From contig JALMLS010000225.1 of the NCBI GenBank assembly GCA_038496445.1, forward strand, positions 62,001 through 126,000: 64,000 nt of DNA, written 5' to 3'. The notes beneath the pieces were generated by a model that was not told where the DNA came from, did no database searches, and saw only the letters and a program-made list of their open reading frames with translations. Positions 23,430 through 37,330 of this stretch are shown piece by piece (the first letter of the stretch is position 1; the number at the start of each line of letters is the position of its first letter). This stretch comes from Trichosphaerium sp. ATCC 40318 (lineage: Eukaryota > Protista > Tubulinea). The translations under genes and the position numbers were made by a program.

Positions 23430-26400
23430 TTAATGTGCAGGGACTGCGCTATTTACTTTTCGTGGTTTTCTGCGAGGAGTGAATAATAGCATTTCTAGGT
23501 TCATAAAAGGCTTCTCTACAAGCAAAAATGCTGCTGCTGCGCCAATGTATGATACAAATACAGAGCATGTGACAAGAACCATAAGGCTCAAATCAGAGTA
23601 AGCGACAATGTCGCGACGGCTGGAGTTAACAATAATCAACCTAAGGAAAATTAATTACATCCGCATCAACAATTAATTGTGAACTCAGGATCTTTTCTTT
23701 GTCTTTTTTTTGTAAGTTTGAAAATGTTGCATTTTAGTTAAACGTTTGATATTGTACCAGATTGGGTGGAATAGGTAAGCGGCTAGAGTTAATCTACTCA
23801 ATGGTAGCCAAATATCTAGTGCCAAAATGTGGTTGGCGAATCCGCCGTGTCCTGTTGAGGAAGGTAAGTACAAATAGTAAAGTATAAACAAAAGGAGTCT
23901 TCTATGCTAGCGTACCAAACAAGAAAGTAACAGTAATAATACCGATGCCAATAGCCCATAATGGGCGATCAAAAGCGTTCCATAGACACCTGAACCATGA
24001 AGGCCACAAAGCTAAGGAAGGAAAAAACATTAGAAAATATTCGAATCGAAGAAAAACAAGAAACAAAAAATCACTACGTACTGTTTGCGCTTGTGTAAAG
24101 AGGTTGATTTGCAAAAAGCAATGTAATAAGAATGAAAGCAGCAATAAACCAACCAACAAGTACAAGCCAGTATCTAAAGAACAACAAAAAAGATAAGAAT
24201 CCAAAAAAGTACACGAAAAAAATGAAGTTTGTTTTGCAAAAAAAAACCTGAGCTTACGGAAGATTTTTCTTGGCTTTTACTCGCTTGTGATACCAAATAG
24301 CAAAGAAAATACCAATCTACAAGATGAGTGAGTACTCTGTACGGTGTTTAGGCCTCGTTAACGTACGATGTAAACACAGACTCTGTACCAAGGTTGGATG
24401 TAGTAAATCCATCCAATAATATCGTTCGTGCTGTGTTTAACTACAATATTTGTTGTAATCAACTCAGCAACATTCAATCCATAGTAACCAGACATAATAC
24501 CTCTAAAGGAAATTTTTTAGTTAGTAAAGAAGCACGTGGGTTCTTTGTTTTCTAAGCAATGTTTACCTTGCTAAGATTGATCCGCTAAGGCCTAGGTAGA
24601 GTATGCTGCTACCGACAATAGGCCATTTGTAAAAGATGTATACGACAGGTAACAAGAAAGCGAAAAATTGGAAGTCGTTTGCGAGATACCAAGTCCAACT
24701 CATACATGCACCAATTTCTGTCTTTTTGAGGAAAAAAAAGTTAGACAATAGTACAGGAGACACCGTGTCTTTTTTTTTGTTTCGTACCTGACTCCATGGC
24801 GCAAGGTTGTTAACGTATAATAGATTAGTGTACCAATACTTGTGGCAAGAATCAAGTCTTGGAAAAGTGTTTGAAAACTTGGCCCTATTTTTAGAAAAAA
24901 GCGTTAGTTCACACTCTATTTAGTGTAATGATGTAAATTTACATACCACAATGGTCCATTACCAAGATATGGTGTCATGAACATGAACATGAATAAGAAA
25001 AATACGTAGATAGGTGTCAAACGAAGGTAACTACAAGCGGATAAATAATTGTCCGCTTTACGGGTTTTTTAATGTACCGATGGATATATGCCATAACCCA
25101 ACGGAAAGGTGACATCTTAGATCCGCTCTCAAGCTTTTTGAGGAACATAAGTGCCATGAGGAAACCTATTTCTCATCAGATTTTTCGCCTATTACCAAAA
25201 AAATAGGAAAAACTTACCACTGAGGAAAAAAAAGGTGTCTACACTGTATGGTGCGTTCCATATGAGTTGGAACGACCACCTAGGTTTAGCTACCTTGTAA
25301 ACATAGTCGAAATTCGTAAATCCACCGCCTAGTTGTTCCCAGACTAAGAGAAAAAAATTAGTCAAAAAAACTTTAAAAAGAAAAGTAGAAAAAACAAATC
25401 AGCGTACTGATTGCTGAGTGACCGGTAATAACCCAGAACATACTGATGACTCTAAAACCAAAACTGTTAGTTGGATTTTGATGGATACAACTGATATTTG
25501 TTTTTGTGAACTCCACGTGCCTCAAACCGTTTAGAATTGGCATATTTCCTTTTGGTTTCGACATAAGTCTCTCAAAATTATGCATTACAGAGAACGCCAT
25601 TAGTAGTTTTACCAAAAATGTTTGTGGCTTTTCTGGTCTCTTTGCGTTGTCTTTTTCGCCATACTTATTGATAAGATCTTCTTGACTGCTGTGAAAGTTA
25701 TCGTTGTGAACTTTGTCAGAATAGATGTCTAAAAACAGTCAGTTAAAAAAAATCACAAAAGATCATTGGCCTTTTCACCAATTTCACCGTTTAAACACAA
25801 AACGTACTTATTATTGCGCTGGCCATTGCCTTTTCATATCTTTCTTGTGCTACCTACAAAGAATTAGAAAAACAATCACACGTGAAGATTTTATGAAAAC
25901 CAAAAAAATGTTTCATTTCTTTTGTTTTTCAATTTACCCGTATTCTCCAGCGAAGAATATAATCATAGGCAGTGCTTAGAATGACTAATAAAGCGAGGAG
26001 AGAAATAATTGTAACGTAGATAATTGCAGCTACAAGTGACGGTAAGTGGAAATAGATAAAAAATACCACGTGAGAATAACAAAAAAATAAGAACAAATCC
26101 AAATACGTACGAGCATTAAATTTATATTTTTGTTCTCTGCAAAAGGTCCCTTGAGATTTAAGATCAGAGCCCAACAATGAACCAAGTTCTACAATAAACC
26201 TTAGGGAATATCCTACCATTGGCATACTGCTCTACACAACGGAGCAAACGACAAAAACGAAAAAAAAGAAAAAAAAAAGAAAAAAAAACTGACCTTCAAT
26301 AGTAGGAGCGTATCTACGAAGAAGAGGGTTTGTGCTCCTGTTCAGCTCTTTACCAACCTCTATAAGCTCAGCAGGCGCTGCAAGGATGACAGTTTCGATA

Positions 26401-26946
26401 TCTGCAGCACTACATGCTGAAGGCGCGCATATACCCAGATTTATGCTATTGAAAAGTTATTAACCGAATACAATGCAGAAATGGCTCAAAAAGGCAAGAA
26501 AGCAAGGGAAGGAACGTACGTTACGCCGAGTTGTTCGTAGGTAAATGTTGTCAAACAGTGGTGCGTGTTGGTCAAAAGGTTGCATTCGTCCCAGTTGCCT
26601 ACATCATTAATTCCTTTACCGCTGTAGCGTATTAGGGTGAATTTTTGCACTTCAGTTAGAGCTTCCTACAAAAAAAATAATTAGGAAGTTACAGTATTGT
26701 AATAAAGTAACGTCATTATGCTGGGGTTGCGTAGTAATACTTCATGCAGGCACTTTCCACAAAAAATACAAGACGTTAAATTTCCGAAGAATTGTCACGT
26801 ACCCATTCGCGCAAGCATTCATTACTAGGAGGTTTAGAAGGAGCAGTGGAAGGTGCACTAGGAGGGGCATCGGCACGCTCTCTTATTGGACGTTTCGCAC
26901 CAACGGTAATAATCAACAAAAGCAGTACGAATAGACCAAACCGCAT
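23430..26946 (-). CDS. NRF-6 / O-acyltransferase-like protein (NRF domain + Acyl_transf_3)
   Basis: LNGLRVISMFWVITGH, SVDTFFFLSG, YLRLTP, CMSWTWYLANDFQFF, PLSRLTLAAYLFHP and FLLVEKPFMNLE. Confidence 0.92.
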
Positions 26947-27126
26947 GTTGAAAAGGGTAAAAACCTGAAGTATCCATGAGTACTTGGGAAAACGAAGTAA
27001 ACCAATCGCTGAAAAGCCTGTTCAGAACTTACGTACAGGTGTGACGCTGAGAGGTCTTTAAAAACGTTGTACAAAGAAAAAAGAAAATAGGCTTAATTTG
27101 TTAAGTTGTTCGGTTCACTGTGAACA

Positions 27127-30100
27127 ATGAGAGGGCGAGGTAGAGGCCGCCGCGGCCATGGTGCCCCTGATTTAGAGTCTGCAAAAAAATCCGCTTCATT
27201 TTCTGATCTAAAGGAACGTTGCCGCTCAAAAATACAACTACATTGACATATATGTAGGTGACACTCTCACTGTTACCATACTTATGGCCAAAAGGCAAAT
27301 GGGTAAGTAAAAAACACTCTGTCTTTCTGGTTATGCTAAAAAAGCGTAGAAGATGCGATTACGTGTAATTGTAGCTGTCATTTGCATTATCTGCACAAAA
27401 GTTTTCTCAGGTACGGTACAATAGATTTTTACGTAGCTATATGCTATCTACTTCGCTGAAGAGCAACATTTAGCTCCGCTAATAACACCGAAAAACTGTT
27501 GGTGACGAATTACAACTCACCATAATCTAGTACTCGTACCAATCATGTACAAACACGCAATAGATGATTTGTCCAAACGTACTGTCCAAAAAGAAAACTC
27601 AAAAGAAATGTAAAAAAGCAATAATTTCTCATGTCCGTTTTTAGCGGTTCCAGTTTTCCCACTTATGCCTGTATTGCTATATGCAGCTTTAAGATTACTA
27701 AGCAAATCCGGCAACGACGTTCGAGACAGTATATTCGTGAAGGTGCGGATAAATGACCTCCGCAAAGGTTTTTTTGTTGACTAACAAAATACACGTGTAT
27801 TAACCACTGAAACTCATAATATCTTCTTAAAGGTCACTCAAGAAGCTCAGAGGTTGGTGTCTCTAGATTTATTCAGTCATCTTCATGCTTTGTCAATGCG
27901 TTTTCATACCAACAGGTTAGGGTTTTAACAGTTAAAGACTTAGAAAAGTTTTACAAAAAAACATTTATTTTTTGACACTCTGAATAGGAAGACTGGTGGA
28001 GTTCTTCGCGCTATCCAGCGTGGTACTGTGAGGTACTATAAAAAATAAAAAGAATACTCTAGGTCTTATTTACTACTAGCGTAAACTTCATGATTAGATT
28101 TTTATGCTTTAACATTGCTCCAACATTCTTGGAATTGTTATTTGTAACATTGATCCTTTTGGTCAATTACAAGCCATGGTACTAAGTAATTACGTCATAC
28201 AAAATTCTTACAGTAATCTAGGTATGCTCTTGTCACATTGGTCACTATAGTGTACGCTGTCTGATGGAAGTGAAGTTTACTCACCTTAATTTCTAGCGGC
28301 TATGTGGTTTTCTCATTGCTAGTTACCGAATGGCGAACAAAGTACAGACGTGTTATGAACACTGAAGATAATAAGGCCAATAATACTGCTGTTGATTCTT
28401 TGTTGAACTTCGAAACTGTCAAGGTGTACCTTTGTTTTAATATCTAGAGCTAATAATTTTTAGTATTTTAACAACGAACGTCATGAATACCGCCGTTACA
28501 ATACATCTCTAAAAGGGTAAGAGAATGTTACATATGAATACTCATATAGCTTAGATATGTCGCTGCGGCACTCAAAGCTCAGTGGTCACTAGCATTTTTA
28601 AACATTGGTCAAACTACAATTATTAGTATTGGAAGTACGTAACCAGAATCAAGATAACACACGTGTTTTATGAATAGCGTAATTCTAATACCTCCCACAG
28701 CATTAATTGTTATGCTTTTGGCTGCGAGGGAAGCTTCCAATGATCCAAGGAGCATGACAGTTGGTACGGTTCAAGATACAGTTTATCATGCTAATTTTTC
28801 AAAAGGTGATTTTGTCCTCGTTAACGCTTATCTCCTTCAACTTTATACACCACTATCGTTCCTTGGTAGTTCTTATCGTATGATTAAGACAAGCTTGGTT
28901 GATTTGGAGAACATGTTCGATTTGTTGGTACGCTAAACACAATTGTTCAACTTTTTCTCAATTTAACTATTTTCACGTTATTTTCACGTGGTTTAACTGG
29001 ACCTTTTAGAATCAACCTGTTGAAATCGAAGATGAGCATGATGCTACTATATTAAAATGCACAGAGGGTGAACTAGAGTTTGATGATGTTGTATTTTCGT
29101 ATGACGCTGAGCATGGAATTGCTCTAAAGAATATTGACTTTAAAGTACCTGCTGGTAAGATGGTTGCCATTGTAGGACATACAGGTGCGTATTAATGATT
29201 CAAAAAGAATCACATTTGGCCACGGAAATCGTTTACTAAAGTTTGTTGTAGGTGCTGGAAAGAGTACAATTTCTAGACTCATTTTCCGTTTCTACAATAT
29301 TGAATCTGGTGCTGTTGTAATAGATGGACAGGATATTTCAAGGGTTACTCAGACCAGTCTTCGCAGCGCTCTTGGTACAGTCTAGAACTAGTAATACGAG
29401 AATTTTTTACTAAGTTCTTTTGATTAGGCATTGTTCCACAAGATAGTATTCTCTTCAACGAGAGCATTTTCTACAACATACAATATGGTGATGTTGAAGC
29501 TACACTTGAAGAGGTAAAGCAAGCAGCAAAGCTTGCTCATATTCATGAATTTATTGAGAACCTCCCTGAAGGGTAAGTATAAGACTGCTAGATTCCTTTT
29601 ATTGTAGTTAAACATACTTTGTAGATATGATACAATAGTTGGAGAACGTGGTATGAGATTGAGTGGTGGCGAAAAACAAAGAGTGGCTATCGCAAGAGCT
29701 CTATTGAAAGATCCAAAGAGTACGGAAGGATCATCATCTAAATTGACTTCATGCTCATTCGTTACCAATAGTTATTGTATTCGATGAAGCAACATCATCT
29801 CTTGATACAAAGACAGAGAAGGAGATTCAAAGATCCTTACAAGAAGCTAGTAAAGGAAGAACAACTGTTGTAATCGCACACAGACTATCAACAGTTATCG
29901 ATGCTGATGAAATTCTCGTTTTAAGCGCAGGTGAGGCTTTTTAATAAGTTTTTGAAAGAGTACTTGGGTTGATAGTTTTTAGGTGAGATTATCGAACGTG
30001 GTACTCATGCAGCGCTTCTTGAAAAAGAAGGTGAATACGCTGAAATGTGGAAACAACAAATTACAACAGCAGAGGAAAGTGAAAGTACTTCTGAGGATAG

Positions 30101-30155
30101 TGATACAGGAGCACAAGACGAAGAGTTGCTTATTAATATTCATCATGGTCATTAA
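27127..30155 (+). CDS. ABCB6/ATM1/HMT1-type half ABC transporter
   Basis: [35 protein letters not shown], Walker [23 protein letters not shown] and Walker [11 protein letters not shown]. Confidence 0.93.
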
Positions 30156-30833
30156 CAAAAAGAACAACAAATAAAACAAATAAACAAACCCAACCACTTA
30201 TCTCTACTTCGCTATGGACATTCGAAAATTGCGAGTAGCTAGAATTCCGAAGTCAAAATACTACGAAGTATGATGTCGCAAACATTTCAAAAGTTGCTTG
30301 TACATGCAAGAAGTAATAGTAGAGAGAAATTGGTCTGCGTAGACAGAGCATTATTCCATAAAATACGAAAAAATCGTAGACAAGTTTAAAACATTGACGA
30401 AGACGTTGCGAATCTACAAAACGCAGTCAGGTAGCCATGTTCTATACGTAGCTTTTTTCAGTCGCGACTTATAGTCGGAGTCGTTTGTAAGCGTTGCCGA
30501 TCGTACGCCGAAAACATCTGCCCAAAAAGGGAATGCGTGCAAAACCCGAACGTGCTCGCATCGAATACTGTGCTCGTTACGTTTTTACTGCGTAGATAGG
30601 TTATTTTATATTAGACACAATTACAACGATTACAGTATGATACGCACGGATTGTGCGTAAAGGTTTGAAGACGAGAGCGCTTAAGTGCGTGCTTGTTTTG
30701 TTGGTTTTAATTTCATACTATTCATTGAGCGTGCAGTCGCCTCATTGTCATGATCGTCAGCATTTAAGTCTTTAAAACTGCATCGTTTTCATATTATCTC
30801 AAAATAGTAAACTTTCAACAAGAAAAGCAACTC

Positions 30834-31769
30834 ATGCGAATTTACTTAGCTGTCATAGTGCTGTTAGTCATCTCCACGTTAGTGATGGCTTCCAACGAGC
30901 AACAAAACCCTTGGGTAAGGCGTAGAGATACTACCCACCACAGTGGATCGCGGTTGAGCCAAATCTCTGTTGGCAAGTATATCTGGGGTGTTAACAACCA
31001 AGACCATGTCTATGTTAGACGATACAACCGCCTCAACTGGATGCATGTTGCTGGTTCTCTCAAACAGATTTCGGTCGGCGAGAACGGCGATGTTTGGGGT
31101 GTTAGCACGTATAGCAAAATCTCCTTCCGCCAAGGTATTGTTCACGACCGTGATAACGTACGTCCGTTTATTTTTAGCAGCTCTTCGGTACTCTTCTTTG
31201 ACGCATTACTTGTAGTATACCGGTTGCCATTGGGAGAGCATAAAGGGTGGTTTGAAACAACTTAGCGTAGGATCAGATGGTCGAGTGTGGGGTGTGAATA
31301 CTCAAGGTGCGGTATACTACCGTCCTGGGCGCGTAGGGTACTGGCAACGCGTAAGTACAGATTTCGCGTCTACTCGAAAAGCTAACTGCATTTTTTTAAG
31401 ATCGACGGCGAGTTTGAAGAAGTAGAGGTTAGTACCGATCACACTGTCTTTGCTATTAAATACGACGGAAAAGTATTCTACAGAACCGGCGTCTCTGAAC
31501 TCGCTCCAGCCGGAAAGTCATGGAACCTACTTGAAGGCAAACTACTCAGGCATATTTCTGTTTGTACCTTAGGAATTTTCGGTATTACAACAGACCATCA
31601 TCTTGTACACAAGACGTCCATTTCAGCTCCGTGGGTTCAAATACACGCAGCGAAAATGAAGAGTATAGGCTGCGGAAACCCTGTGTGGGGTGGTATCGCG
31701 GTTCAAGGTGTTGATCTCGACGACTACATCTGGTACTATGAGCACAAGGCTGTAAGTATTACTGAATAA
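30834..31769 (+). CDS. Secreted tectonin-like beta-propeller lectin
   Basis: Signal peptide and repeated W..V.G.LKQISVG..G.VWGV motifs; 2 introns. Confidence 0.88.
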
Positions 31770-31907
31770 ACGTAGTATCTCTTGTTCGCAGTGAGCGACC
31801 CATTTAGTCTAGTTTACTTTGTGTTTTGTGAACGCGTAGATATGTCTTGAGGTTTGCAGTCGTAGTTTTAAAGTACTTCATACAGCTTAATTTTATTGTA
31901 CAGTTAG

Positions 31908-33760
31908 CTATTCTTGGTGAAAGAATACATGCGCTTCTCGTGCAAAATTGTGAATCATTACATTGCATTTGTCACATAAAAACATTCCATTGGTGTTTTT
32001 CATATTTGGAGATTTTGTTGGGCTATTGACTACTTGCGAGGTTGTCTTTGGTTTAAAGAAAGACATAACATATTTATCGCCTTGTATCTGCTTCTCAAAG
32101 TTCGAAAATGTTATACTTATGAGTGTAAGATGAAACGTCTTGTTTTGCTTTGGAATTATTTTGTGAAATAGTATTTGAAGGCTATCCATTATCTTATCCT
32201 CACGTGCTTGTCTCTCCATTTTTAGTACTCTTGAGTCACAAACCATTTGTCTACTCTCTCTGTGCCACCTTTTTGGTTTGTTGTAATGCACTTGACGCAA
32301 GGAGAGTTTAAGTGTTTTAGGAATACTTTAGAGAGTAAGTAAAAAAAAAGAAAAACAAAACGCACCGCTCATGTTCAGCAATGAACTTGTCAGTCCTAAC
32401 AAGTAGTCCCTTTTAAAATACATCAGTACAGCGTAATGGTAAAAATAATAGTCTTACCTGTAGTATGACACGTGTTCGTCCTTGAAAGTCTGAAATAGAA
32501 TTACATTTTTTGAAAGAGTCTTCTTGACTTATACTTTTAGGTAAAGAACTTGGAACAATCTTTCGAGTATCAATACCCCTTGCCATATTATAAATCTCTT
32601 CAGCTAACAAAACAGCATTAACATACGTATTGCATTAAATTTACAAGTACCTCTGTTTCCAACGATACCCTCTAGAGTGGTCACTGAAACTTGCTTCAAA
32701 TCTGCAACAGTAGAGATTTCCAATTGTTGGCGAATTAGTTTAGCAGTTCTGTATCCAACACCAGGTAAGCCTCTAATCAATAACATGTTAGTTCGATATT
32801 TTTCAGTGATGAAAAGGTACCTCACCTTATACTGAGCTTAGCGACAGTGTCGCTTACGACAGAAGGAAGAAGAGTAGTTTGATCGTTTGGTTTATGCATC
32901 GATCCAGCCAACTTTGCAGCAAGCTTAGTAGAGCCAACACCTACACGATTGTGTTAAGGTTTAACAAGTTGATCAATAGTGGTATCAATTTTCAGTACCT
33001 GCACAGCACGTGTACCCAAGTTTCTTGAAGATGGCACCTCGTATTTGTTTGGCTATTGCTGCTCCTTGTTTTAATCTGCAATATTCTAATTAGGACTTCG
33101 TGTATCCTAAAATAAACAGGTATGCTTACTTTTCTAGATCTTCTTGTTGCATTGTACTTTCATCTCCAACAACGTGTCCATAGAAAGCTTTTATACTAGG
33201 GTAGGATTTAACAACTTCAGTCAAGTCGAGAAACACCTAAAAAGTAAATGTCAACGCTTGCTTCTTCCAGGAAGACAACGCAAACTGTTGTTGTAAACTT
33301 TGCCCTACCTCATCAAAACCAAGCTTCTCTACTTGTTGTGTAAACGTCCTTGCTACTTTAAAAACCTTTGATTGTCACGTGTCAAAAAGTATGTTTCTCA
33401 AGTATTGAAAACGATGAAAAAGCCGTACTTTTGCTGAGGCTTCTCTGTAGTTGGTTAAATCTGATCCATCGACGATTGTTAAAGTCGGACAGAGTTTTAG
33501 AGCGTCTGGTATGCCCATTAATTTTTTGACGCCGTATTTGCGTGCCTATATGCTTTATGTATCGTTTTAATGCGTTTTAGGACGTACTTCGTAGTTACAT
33601 GTTACAATTATGTATTTTTGCTTAATACCTAGCGTGTTGTCATTTATACGTATTAAATAAGCGTTTAGATACCAAGAGGAGCTCCTCGAAGCTTAGGATT
33701 TCTTACCATTTCTACTTGTGCGTAAAAACAGTCTAAATCTATGTGAGCGATGACCTGCAT
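31908..33760 (-). CDS. Y-family DNA polymerase (iota-like) with C-terminal UBZ-like zinc finger
   Basis: IAHIDLDCFYAQVE, QKYIIVTCNYEARKYGVKK, GSDLTNYREAS, LGFDEVF, KPNDQT, LPGVGY and C-terminal CDKC...H...H. Confidence 0.9.
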
Positions 33761-33895
33761 TGCAGCCCGTAGAACTCAGGTGCTACAAAACCGCTTACAT
33801 AAGCAGAAACTGATTTCGTCTCTTTTTAAAGCTGTTGACCGTTTCTTCAGCCATTCTGTAGCAAAAACAAGTCACTGTAACGAACCTCACAACAG

Positions 33896-35229
33896 ATGCG
33901 GTGCTCACTAGCTGTTTTGTTTGTCTTTATTGTAGCCATGAGTTTGGCACATTGTCGAAATGTCAGGTGAGCCAAAGACAAAGACAAACAACCCTTCTTT
34001 TTGGCATTAGCTAACGGAACTGGAGGTGGTATCTGGCTGCTTCCCGTGTGTCACAGAATGTTGAATTTATTAAACAACATCGTAATGCCCTCACTGGAGT
34101 GTATCCTTGCTGTGGTGGATTCACAGTACGTCAACCTACATGATCAAATTTTATGTTACCTGACAATACTTTTCAGATTGACTGCTCTGGAAAGCTAGTT
34201 GTTGGAGCTAACGTAAAGGCTGAGACAGATCCACTAAAAGCTCTTGGCGTAAAAGTCGTATGTTTGTTGTGAACTTCTCTAGGTTTGGCAGTTGACGCTT
34301 TCTCCAGATCTACACGCTCTCTGGACCTTGTGAGGCACTTGTTAAGAATGGTGATATTTTAAAAACTGTCAACGAAACTGTTGCTGCGGTTGTAGCGTAC
34401 TAATGGCTTTTTACCTTTATTTGTCACGTGACTAGACTTTTCCATTGAGTTTTTGGTTTAGGATGAACTGGGACGGTATAATGGTGGATTATGAGCCATC
34501 AGATTACAGGCGCGAGCATGCTCAAGCATACGCTAACTACTTGGCCGCTCTAGCTGTACGTACTCTAAGTTTATTACTGTTGCGATCTTCTCTTTAAATA
34601 CGTGCCTTTTGATGACCTTCTACGCTCAGCGTAGGTGTTTAAATGCGCTGTGACTAATGACTTTCGTTTCTAATGAAGTTGTTTACAGAAAGGATTGCAT
34701 GCAAAAGGTTTGATTCTTGGGTCCGACATAGCTAGCTGGGGCATTCTGAAATACTATGATATTTACGCTAAATGTGGTGCTGATACGTTGATGATGATGA
34801 CTCCAACTTACTCTGGCTTAGATATTCCTGAAAACAAGCAAGTTTTTTTTTGCACGAGGTCTTTAGCTTATTCAGTTGGTTTTTTTTAGAGCGGCAGTAT
34901 CTGAAGCATTGAAACAAGGTATTTCAAAGTCGCAGTTTTCAGCTGGTATAGGGAGCATGCTTGTTCCAGGTACTTCCATTTCTGAAGGCTACGGCTAACT
35001 AAGTTGTCAAGGAAATGTGTCACATACGAATTTCCACTGGACAAGTGCAAAGCTTGAGTCATTTGTTGGGTAAGCGAAAAGTATAGTAATATCCACTAGT
35101 TTAATATATTACAATAGATGGGTTAAAGACCAGGGAATAGAGGAAGTTGATATTTGGCGTGCTGATATTGATGATTATTCTGAGACTGCTTCGTACTATT
35201 TTGATGTCTTAGCATCATTTTTATCGTGA
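33896..35229 (+). CDS. Secreted GH18-like TIM-barrel protein
   Basis: Signal peptide; WDGIMVDYEP resembles the GH18 DGxDxDxE motif; multi-exon. Confidence 0.6.
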
Positions 35230-35342
35230 CTTACTGTGATTTAAAATAAATAAGGATACGATCCTCCTTCCGAATAGTTCTACAGATAGTTACATTTTGC
35301 ACAAATAACTTCAAAAAAGCTGAAGTCATTGAAGGTAAACTA

Positions 35343-35452
35343 GGCCGCCACCAATACTTCGGAATAAATACCTCAAAAGCATAAAGTAATTCGTCGAGTC
35401 TTTAACCTCAGAAGCAAGCTTCATAGCTTGTCGTACAACCAGGCCAAGATGA
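35343..35452 (-). pseudogene. Isolated TRRAP/Tra1-like coding fragment
   Basis: HLGLVVRQAMKLASEVKDSTNYFMLLRYLFRSIGGG matches the conserved TRRAP/Tra1 segment NYFLLLRALFRSIGGG as I recall it. Confidence 0.7.
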
Positions 35453-35465
35453 GTATACTGACCAA

Positions 35466-35732
35466 TTCGTGAATGAGTATACACCATTACAGAGTTTACA
35501 CCTTCATTCAGATCGAAGTACATACTAAGAGACGATATTCGGTGTTAGTTAATTGTGTCCGATGATTTTTTCTGTCAAGCTTTGTGGAAAGACATTCAAG
35601 GTTACTTTACCTCCCAGATCGTTGTATCTAATGACAGGAGATTCAAGGTTTAAGTACAAGCATGGTGTTCACACAAATAACGTACTTGGAGAACGTAGAG
35701 TATCGGTAACATTCAGAATGGTTAAAGACTGA
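35466..35732 (+). pseudogene. AlkB-family 2OG-Fe(II) dioxygenase C-terminal fragment with two stops
   Basis: FVNEYTP..LHLHSD..Y*ETIFGVS*L...LPPRSLYLMTGDSRFKYKHGV...RRVSVTFR; TAA at 35526 and 35550. Confidence 0.85.
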
Positions 35733-37330
35733 TAATAAAAACTACACAACCAAGACACAGCTTCTTGTACAATCCTATGTTGTATCAAAGTAGTTTCTTA
35801 TTTTATTCACGCATTCTATACGATATTATCCCATGTGACAGGCACCCTCGCATTGTTTGGAATCTTGTATAAATAGGAAACGCAAGTATCGTAAGATCTT
35901 TCACCTGAGAATGAGAAATGCGAGGTGGTATTGGTTTACTAAGGTTCTGTCCTACACGTGGCATTTTTCTGCTTGAGTTGTATGATATTGTTGTTTGTAA
36001 ATTATGTTGATATACGTATGTACAGCAAGAATTTAGTAGACTTTGTTGATGTTATAGTAAAATACTTACCGTAAAGTGTATTCGTTCAGAGAACCACTTA
36101 TAGCTACTCCATAAATATTGTTAATACAAGTTTTAGGACAACCGTCAAGTAAGTAGTTACGCGACATAAGCACGATAGTCAGAAAAAGCTTTGGATATTT
36201 CAGTTTTAAGGCATTTTTTCAGCCGTTATGCTTTGGTGTAACTTCACATTGATGCGTTTAAACTACTTACTCGTGTCGTTCAAGTTGTCCACTGCCATTA
36301 CACTGTGTAAACTCGGTATTGTGGCCATTTACCACTCTCTTCATTTGAGGCTTGATTGAGACTTTAAGTGGCTGTACGACGTTTAGTGTACGCCACCAAG
36401 AAGATTTTAATTAGCTGTTTAAACTAACATTACAGACCGCCAACGGGTTGTGAGAGCGCACTGTTCAATTCGTACAATACTATGTCAAAGATTTTCTAAT
36501 GTTTTTTGCGGAGTTTTAGCAAAACGCCAGTGCTCAATCGGAACTGACGTCTGGTTTGTCATAAATTACCTATCTCCTATTATTGTACTTTGTAGAATGG
36601 CTTTGGAGTCGCATTGTGTAACAGTAATTTCAAGGGATCTCAAAAAAGGCTCGAAAAAACTGGAATTTCACAAAACGTCGAAAAGAGTCGACTTTTCACA
36701 GAGTAGCTGTTATTCTCATGAACTATTTCCACCGTAAAATTAGTGAATTATCTCAAACAGTCAAATTTGCTGTCCAAGCTACCTGAGCACACAGAGAACA
36801 AATGGAGCATCCCACAATTTTTTACATCGTGTAGAAAATTGGGTATAAATAGTCGTTTCTTTGCAATATCTATTGGATGAGATATCAGGTGCATAAAACA
36901 ACGTTCATACAGCTTTATATAAGTCTGCGTATGAGTTCGTTTCAAGTTGAAGTCTCCCGAAGCCTTAAAGGTCTAGGAGACGAATCAGAAACGGACTCAT
37001 GTGGGGAGGTACAATGCATTGTAGAACATGCTGTCGCTAAGTCTTGTTGGTACATCGGAACTCAACTTACCTACCAATATCTACATGATTTACGCTGTCG
37101 TTTCTACTGCTTAAACCCCCTCACCAGTCGCTTTCTTCGGCCCTTTGGGCACCTTGAGTCAGACCGATGCCATGTGGCAACGGTTACGACTTACCCTCCC
37201 CCCTCCATGCAAATGCATGGACTTCAAACCAACTGACGCTACCACCTTTCATCCTTTTTGTTGTACAACCCTTTTTGACATGTCGTATTAAAGACTCCGC
37301 GGAGTTAACAAGATGATAATCAAGTACACT

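Noticed and set aside
35466-35732. Stop-codon reassignment suggested by in-frame TAA/TAG here and in the mucin gene
   Set aside because: Intact genes in the window end in TAA, TAG and TGA and have no internal stops. These stops are single-base changes in decayed sequences.
37120-37195. Hammerhead ribozyme on the minus strand
   Set aside because: The topology is suggestive, but the core reads CTGACTCA rather than CTGANGA and the GAAA/stem III register is off.
36450-37236. ORFs at 36450-36737 and 36877-37236
   Set aside because: No motifs, and composition unlike neighbouring genes; not supportable as CDS.
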